Below, piece after piece: positions 61,247 through 64,000 of a stretch of 64,000 nt of DNA; the first letter of the stretch is position 1; every line of letters begins with the position of its first letter. The position numbers were made by a program, and so were the translations under genes. The notes below the pieces were generated by a model. That model saw only the letters and a list, made by a program, of their open reading frames with translations. It was not told where the DNA came from and did not search any database. Where the stretch lies: the NCBI GenBank assembly GCA_020719045.1, contig DYQY01000002.1, positions 70,437 to 134,436 on the forward strand, in the 5' to 3' direction. Source of the DNA: Candidatus Termititenax sp. (lineage in GTDB: Bacteria > Margulisbacteria > Riflemargulisbacteria > GWF2-35-9 > DYQY01).

Positions 61247-61642
61247 CTATCTCCTCATCATCATCTTAAGGTATTTCTCTCTACCTTTTTCTTTTTTTTC
61301 ATTTACTATATCAAGATAAGCATTATTCAATGCACTCTCATCCTTAACCTTACTTTTCCTTGGCGAATATTTATTTACAAGTATTTCTTTATATTTTAGC
61401 CTAACCTTCAAAAACCCTGAGTCACCAATTTCTTTTGTATTCTCACCTTTAATAATATCAACCCATTTATCCTTATGCGCATACAAGGTATTTAGCACGC
61501 ACTCCCTTAATGCCCCTGTTCCTTTACCATGGATAATAACAAGCTCAGTAATCCCTTTTGTGTTAAGCAGCTCTCGCTCAAGCATAACCTCAGCTTGCTC
61601 GCAATATAGCCCATGCAAATCTATTTCTCTTCTTGTCATCAA
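61247..61642 (-). CDS. Smr domain protein
   Basis: IDLHGL...IIHGKGTGAL Smr motifs; 131 aa. Confidence 0.7.
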   Translation of the reverse strand: MMTRREIDLHGLYCEQAEVMLERELLNTKGITELVIIHGKGTGALRECVLNTLYAHKDKWVDIIKGENTKEIGDSGFLKVRLKYKEILVNKYSPRKSKVKDESALNNAYLDIVNEKKEKGREKYLKMMMRR

Positions 61643-62565
61643 ATATACTTCGACATTACTAGCTCAAGACCAACCATAGGTTTAATTTTCCCAGCTTTGA
61701 TATCAAAGTCCAACTGATGGATATCGGCTAAAAATGCATTGGCTTCTTGCAATGTCCAACTTTTAATATCTTTTAGTAAATTTTCAAGATAAAACCGTTT
61801 CTTATTAATTCTCTTGGCTAATTCATCAAGCAAAGAATAACTAGTACTTTTAAGTAATAAGATAAGCCTTACATGTGAAGATATCCCCCCAATTAAGGCG
61901 ATTATATCCTCAGGCTTACTTGTCTCAAAAATATATCTATATAAATCTTTATCCTTTTTTCTTATTGCTTCAAAGATGTCCAAAATACCTTTTTCAGATA
62001 ATGTAGCTAATTCTTTCACGATTTTCTCAGTGATTACTTTCTCTGGCATAACATATGTTTCCATTCTAAGCAGATTGGACTCTAGTTGCCACAAATCTAC
62101 ACCTACCATCTCAAGCAACACATCAGCAGACTGTCTATCTATCTTAAATCCCCTATTCTTTTCTCTAGCTAAAATCCAATCTATAACTTCACCTTTTTTC
62201 CAAATACTAAAAGGTTCAAAAACTTCACAATCAGAATTGTTTATCAAAAATTTCACAAACTTTTTTCTCTTATCTGGATTACCTCGACATACAAAAACAA
62301 TATCATTTGCGGTTTGTTGTTCAATAAGTAATTTCTGGAAATATTCTTCATAATCTTCCCTGACTTTTGGTAAACCTTTATAAACAATCATTTTTTTAGA
62401 GGAAAATAATGACATGGAAGAAAAAGCATCAATAAATGTTTCTAATGGATCACTCTCAGAAAACTCTTCATATGAATAGTCTCCATTACTTGCTATGAAA
62501 CTTGTTTTCAATTCAATAAATCGCTGAGTTAACAATAACGTTTCTTCGCCGTATAAGAATCTCAA
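61639..62565 (-). CDS. holA: DNA polymerase III subunit delta
   Basis: 308 aa; N-terminal FLYGEE...L; clamp-loader delta fold. Confidence 0.55.
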   Translation of the reverse strand: MRFLYGEETLLLTQRFIELKTSFIASNGDYSYEEFSESDPLETFIDAFSSMSLFSSKKMIVYKGLPKVREDYEEYFQKLLIEQQTANDIVFVCRGNPDKRKKFVKFLINNSDCEVFEPFSIWKKGEVIDWILAREKNRGFKIDRQSADVLLEMVGVDLWQLESNLLRMETYVMPEKVITEKIVKELATLSEKGILDIFEAIRKKDKDLYRYIFETSKPEDIIALIGGISSHVRLILLLKSTSYSLLDELAKRINKKRFYLENLLKDIKSWTLQEANAFLADIHQLDFDIKAGKIKPMVGLELVMSKYI

Positions 62566-62873
62566 GTCTTATCTTCCAACTTAACTTCAGTAGTTTCTAT
62601 ATTAATATCAATAGCTTCCTTTAAATGTTTAGCAACATTATTAATTATCCTATCCAAAAACCTTGTCTCTTCTTCAGATAAATTTCCATTAGTCTTTTCT
62701 TTAAGTGCAACTAATACCTCGTATGTCTCGTTAGCACCAACCAAATCTTTATTCTTTCTCGTATGTAGAGGATTATCAGCAACAGCCAATTGCTGCATAG
62801 CCGTCATATTAAGAGTATAAATCAATGATTCAAAAAGAGTTTTTCCTCTCTCTAAATTATCTTCACTATTCAT
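62562..62873 (-). CDS. DUF1844-like small protein
   Basis: 103 aa; F.SL...M.A.Q.LA...NP...K...L...L..LKEKT.GNL..EE..LL pattern. Confidence 0.45.
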   Translation of the reverse strand: MNSEDNLERGKTLFESLIYTLNMTAMQQLAVADNPLHTRKNKDLVGANETYEVLVALKEKTNGNLSEEETRFLDRIINNVAKHLKEAIDINIETTEVKLEDKT

Positions 62874-63640
62874 TAAATAGTTCCTTCAGAATACAATTGC
62901 TCCATTACTTCATCACTGATATCCGCATTATAATAAACATTTTGCACATCTTCATGATCATCGACTTTGTTAATTAAATTTAATATTTTACCTGCAGTCT
63001 CTTTATTAGAAATAGGAACATCCACAGATGCAATCATTGTAAGCTCTGCTGTTTCAGCAATAAGTCCACTTTTATCTAAAGCTGTTTTTACATCAATAAA
63101 GCTTTCAAAATCACAAGTTACTTCAATGGAACCATCACTATTTGTTACTATATCATCAAGGTTATAATCAAATGTACACTCCAATACCTGGTCCTCGGTT
63201 GCTTTACCTTTTTCAAAAACAAACAAACCTTTTTGGGCAAACATATAAGCAACTGCACCCTTTTCTGCCATATTGCCACCTGCCTTAGAAATCAAAGCAC
63301 GTAACTCTGGCAGAGTTCTATTCTTGTTATCTGTTGCACACTTAATAATTACAGCCACGCCATCCTGTGCATATGCCTCATACATTACTTCCTCAATCTC
63401 GTTACCTGCTCCTCCGCCAACAGCACGTTGAATTGCTCTGTTTATATTGTCATTTGGCATATTTTCAGCTTTTGCTTTTTGAATTGCCATTCTTAATCTT
63501 GGGTTATTCTCAATCTCAGCACCGCCAATTTTAGCTGAAATAATGATTTCCTTAGCTAGTCTAGTAAAAATCTTTCCTCTTTTGGCATCTTGAGCACCTT
63601 TACGATTCTTTATATTCGCCCACTTACTATGTCCAGACAT
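62873..63640 (-). CDS. yebC: YebC/PmpR family transcriptional regulator
   Basis: MSGHSKWANIKNRKGAQDAKRGKIFT N-terminus; 255 aa. Confidence 0.9.
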   Translation of the reverse strand: MSGHSKWANIKNRKGAQDAKRGKIFTRLAKEIIISAKIGGAEIENNPRLRMAIQKAKAENMPNDNINRAIQRAVGGGAGNEIEEVMYEAYAQDGVAVIIKCATDNKNRTLPELRALISKAGGNMAEKGAVAYMFAQKGLFVFEKGKATEDQVLECTFDYNLDDIVTNSDGSIEVTCDFESFIDVKTALDKSGLIAETAELTMIASVDVPISNKETAGKILNLINKVDDHEDVQNVYYNADISDEVMEQLYSEGTI

Positions 63641-63804
63641 AATTGCTCCTTATTTTCTAATTGATGTAATTATAACGTTTACAAGTAGTATAGGTCAAAA
63701 GGTTAAGAAATATAATCGCAATAAAAAAAACATGAAAATTTTATGCAACAAATCTACTTTTTGTTCGATAACTTAATATAAGAGAAAAACAGGAGGTGAG
63801 TAGG

Positions 63805-64000
63805 ATGAAAATAGCAGAAATGGCAACAAAGGTTAGAAACTTATTTTTCCTTCAACCTGCTCCAGCTAGTGCTTCAGAAAAAAATAAAGCGGTATTTTCA
63901 TATGACACAGCATACAGCCATAATGAGATGAATAAAAAAATCTACACTTTTAGCTATGTTCATAACAGAGACACTATACCAAGTGAAGCTGTTCAACATG
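63805..64000 (+). CDS. Partial CDS, 5' end only. Product unknown.
   Basis: ATG at 63805 preceded by AGGAGGTGA with 6-nt spacing; open to the window end. Confidence 0.4.
   Translation, partial: MKIAEMATKVRNLFFLQPAPASASEKNKAVFSYDTAYSHNEMNKKIYTFSYVHNRDTIPSEAVQH

Overview
This is a ~64 kb chromosomal segment from an AT-rich Gram-negative bacterium, estimated by eye at roughly 30-33% GC. Gram-negative status is inferred from an LptF/G LPS-export permease and flagellar L-ring (FlgH) and P-ring (FlgI) genes. The window is densely packed with housekeeping genes, mostly on the minus strand.

Main contents:
- A purA-argG-argH-ndk operon preceded by a long, GC-rich, structured leader.
- An rpsU-HIT-ricT-holB-tmk-R3H ATPase-hup-recR-ybaB block.
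- One very long flagellar operon (~14258-24355, minus strand): flgG-flgA-panD-flgH-flgI-flgJ(N)-fliA-flgB-flgC-fliE-fliF-short fliG-fliH-fliI.
- Two-subunit Fe-S fumarase plus isocitrate dehydrogenase.
- A UPF0182 membrane protein.
- An HTH-Fic protein next to a TfoX-N domain protein.
- argC divergent from a lexA-Y-family polymerase SOS cassette, with a palindromic operator overlapping a canonical sigma70 promoter.
- Nif3, an epimerase, DJ-1 and a DUF3307 membrane protein.
- A giant 1821-aa Ig-like-repeat surface protein.
- A PPi-dependent glycolytic cluster (PPi-PFK, class II aldolase, TPI, a divergent membrane pyrophosphatase).
- Six tRNA genes.
- A GT2 plus TMTC/PMT-like TPR glycosyltransferase pair.
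- TrpB2, an MCP, rfbD, holA and yebC.

No CRISPR array, rRNA, transposase or integrase was seen. The main items of interest are listed in the findings. All assignments are from reading the ORF translations and the DNA by eye; no database search was run.
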